Assembly (NCBI GenBank): GCA_963762565.1
Contig: CAVXLD010000001.1
Coordinates: forward strand, 896,001 to 960,000
Reading direction: 5' to 3'
DNA length: 64,000 nt
Source of the DNA: an uncultured Verrucomicrobiae bacterium
GTDB taxonomy: Bacteria > Verrucomicrobiota > Verrucomicrobiia > Chthoniobacterales > JAFAMB01
Below are positions 63,464 to 64,000 of this stretch, piece by piece (within the stretch, counting starts at the first letter, position 1; every line of letters begins with the position of its first letter). The position numbers were made by a program, and so were the translations under genes. Below the pieces are notes generated by a model, which worked only from the letters and a program-made list of their open reading frames with translations, was not told where the DNA came from and did no database searches.

Positions 63464-64000
63464 ATGTTAAGCCAATTGTCTAAAGACCAGTGGACTTACG
63501 ATGCCGCGGCTCATTTGGCTGCTCGAGCGGGATTTGGTGAATCGCCGTCTCAACTGGATCGCTGGGCTCAGCAAGGGATGGAAGCAACAATTCAAGAGCT
63601 CCTCCATCCAGTCAGCGACACGACCGTTCCGCCCAGCTGTGCTGCTCCGAACCAATTCCAACAGTTGAGGGAGCGAGTCCGGCTGGCTACATCGCCGGAC
63701 GAAAAAAAGGAGATCCGTCGTGCCATACAAGAAGCCACCAAACAGCAGCTTTTTGAACTGATCAACTGGTGGACGCAACGCATGCTCACCACCCCGGCGC
63801 CATTGGTAGAGAAAATGACTTTATTCTGGCATGGTCACTTCGCCACTAGCGGCCTCAAAGTGCGGTCACCGTACAAACTTTGGCAACAGAACGAGACTTT
63901 TCGGCGGCACGGCCTCGGAAGTTTCGCAGCTTTGACCAAAGCCATCTCTCGCGACCCGGCCATGATGGTTTATCTCGATTTACAAACGAGTCAGGCCGAG
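63464..64000 (+). CDS. DUF1800 family protein (3'-truncated by the window edge)
   Basis: AAHL..RAGFG, W...M, EKMTLFWHGHFATS, DPAM..YLD. Confidence 0.88.
   Translation, partial: MLSQLSKDQWTYDAAAHLAARAGFGESPSQLDRWAQQGMEATIQELLHPVSDTTVPPSCAAPNQFQQLRERVRLATSPDEKKEIRRAIQEATKQQLFELINWWTQRMLTTPAPLVEKMTLFWHGHFATSGLKVRSPYKLWQQNETFRRHGLGSFAALTKAISRDPAMMVYLDLQTSQAE

Overview
Bacterial chromosomal window, inferred to be Verrucomicrobiota-like from the style of L33/S18/S1/DksA, the SWIB protein and the atp operon. The right two-thirds is mostly core genes: fabI, nth, aroF, rnd, rho, coaE, phoU, argS, ptsN, prmA, aspC, dksA-rpmG-rpsR, rpsA, mqnD, hisD and atpBEFHAGDC. The left ~16 kb is accessory: hicAB, NUDIX, LysE, comM/yifB, sugar catabolism genes and a patch of frameshifted genes. 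No tRNA, rRNA, CRISPR array or transposase was recognised. Main observations: (1) a 32-codon leader ORF missing from the ORF track, with a YFFYFWW run, a GGAGG RBS and an 11-bp hairpin over its stop codon, directly upstream of DAHP synthase, i.e. a candidate attenuator sensing Phe, Tyr and Trp together; (2) more than 20 intergenic 'Russian-doll' palindromic elements built from nested inverted arms of 6-9-mer tandem repeats and REP-like units, some of which alter gene ends or supply an RBS; (3) a perfect Rex/CRP-type palindrome upstream of the atp operon and GabR-like ATACCA repeats at a MocR regulator; (4) a glycogen synthase homolog lacking its catalytic residues; (5) a dksA-rpmG-rpsR cluster in which all three proteins lack complete zinc sites.
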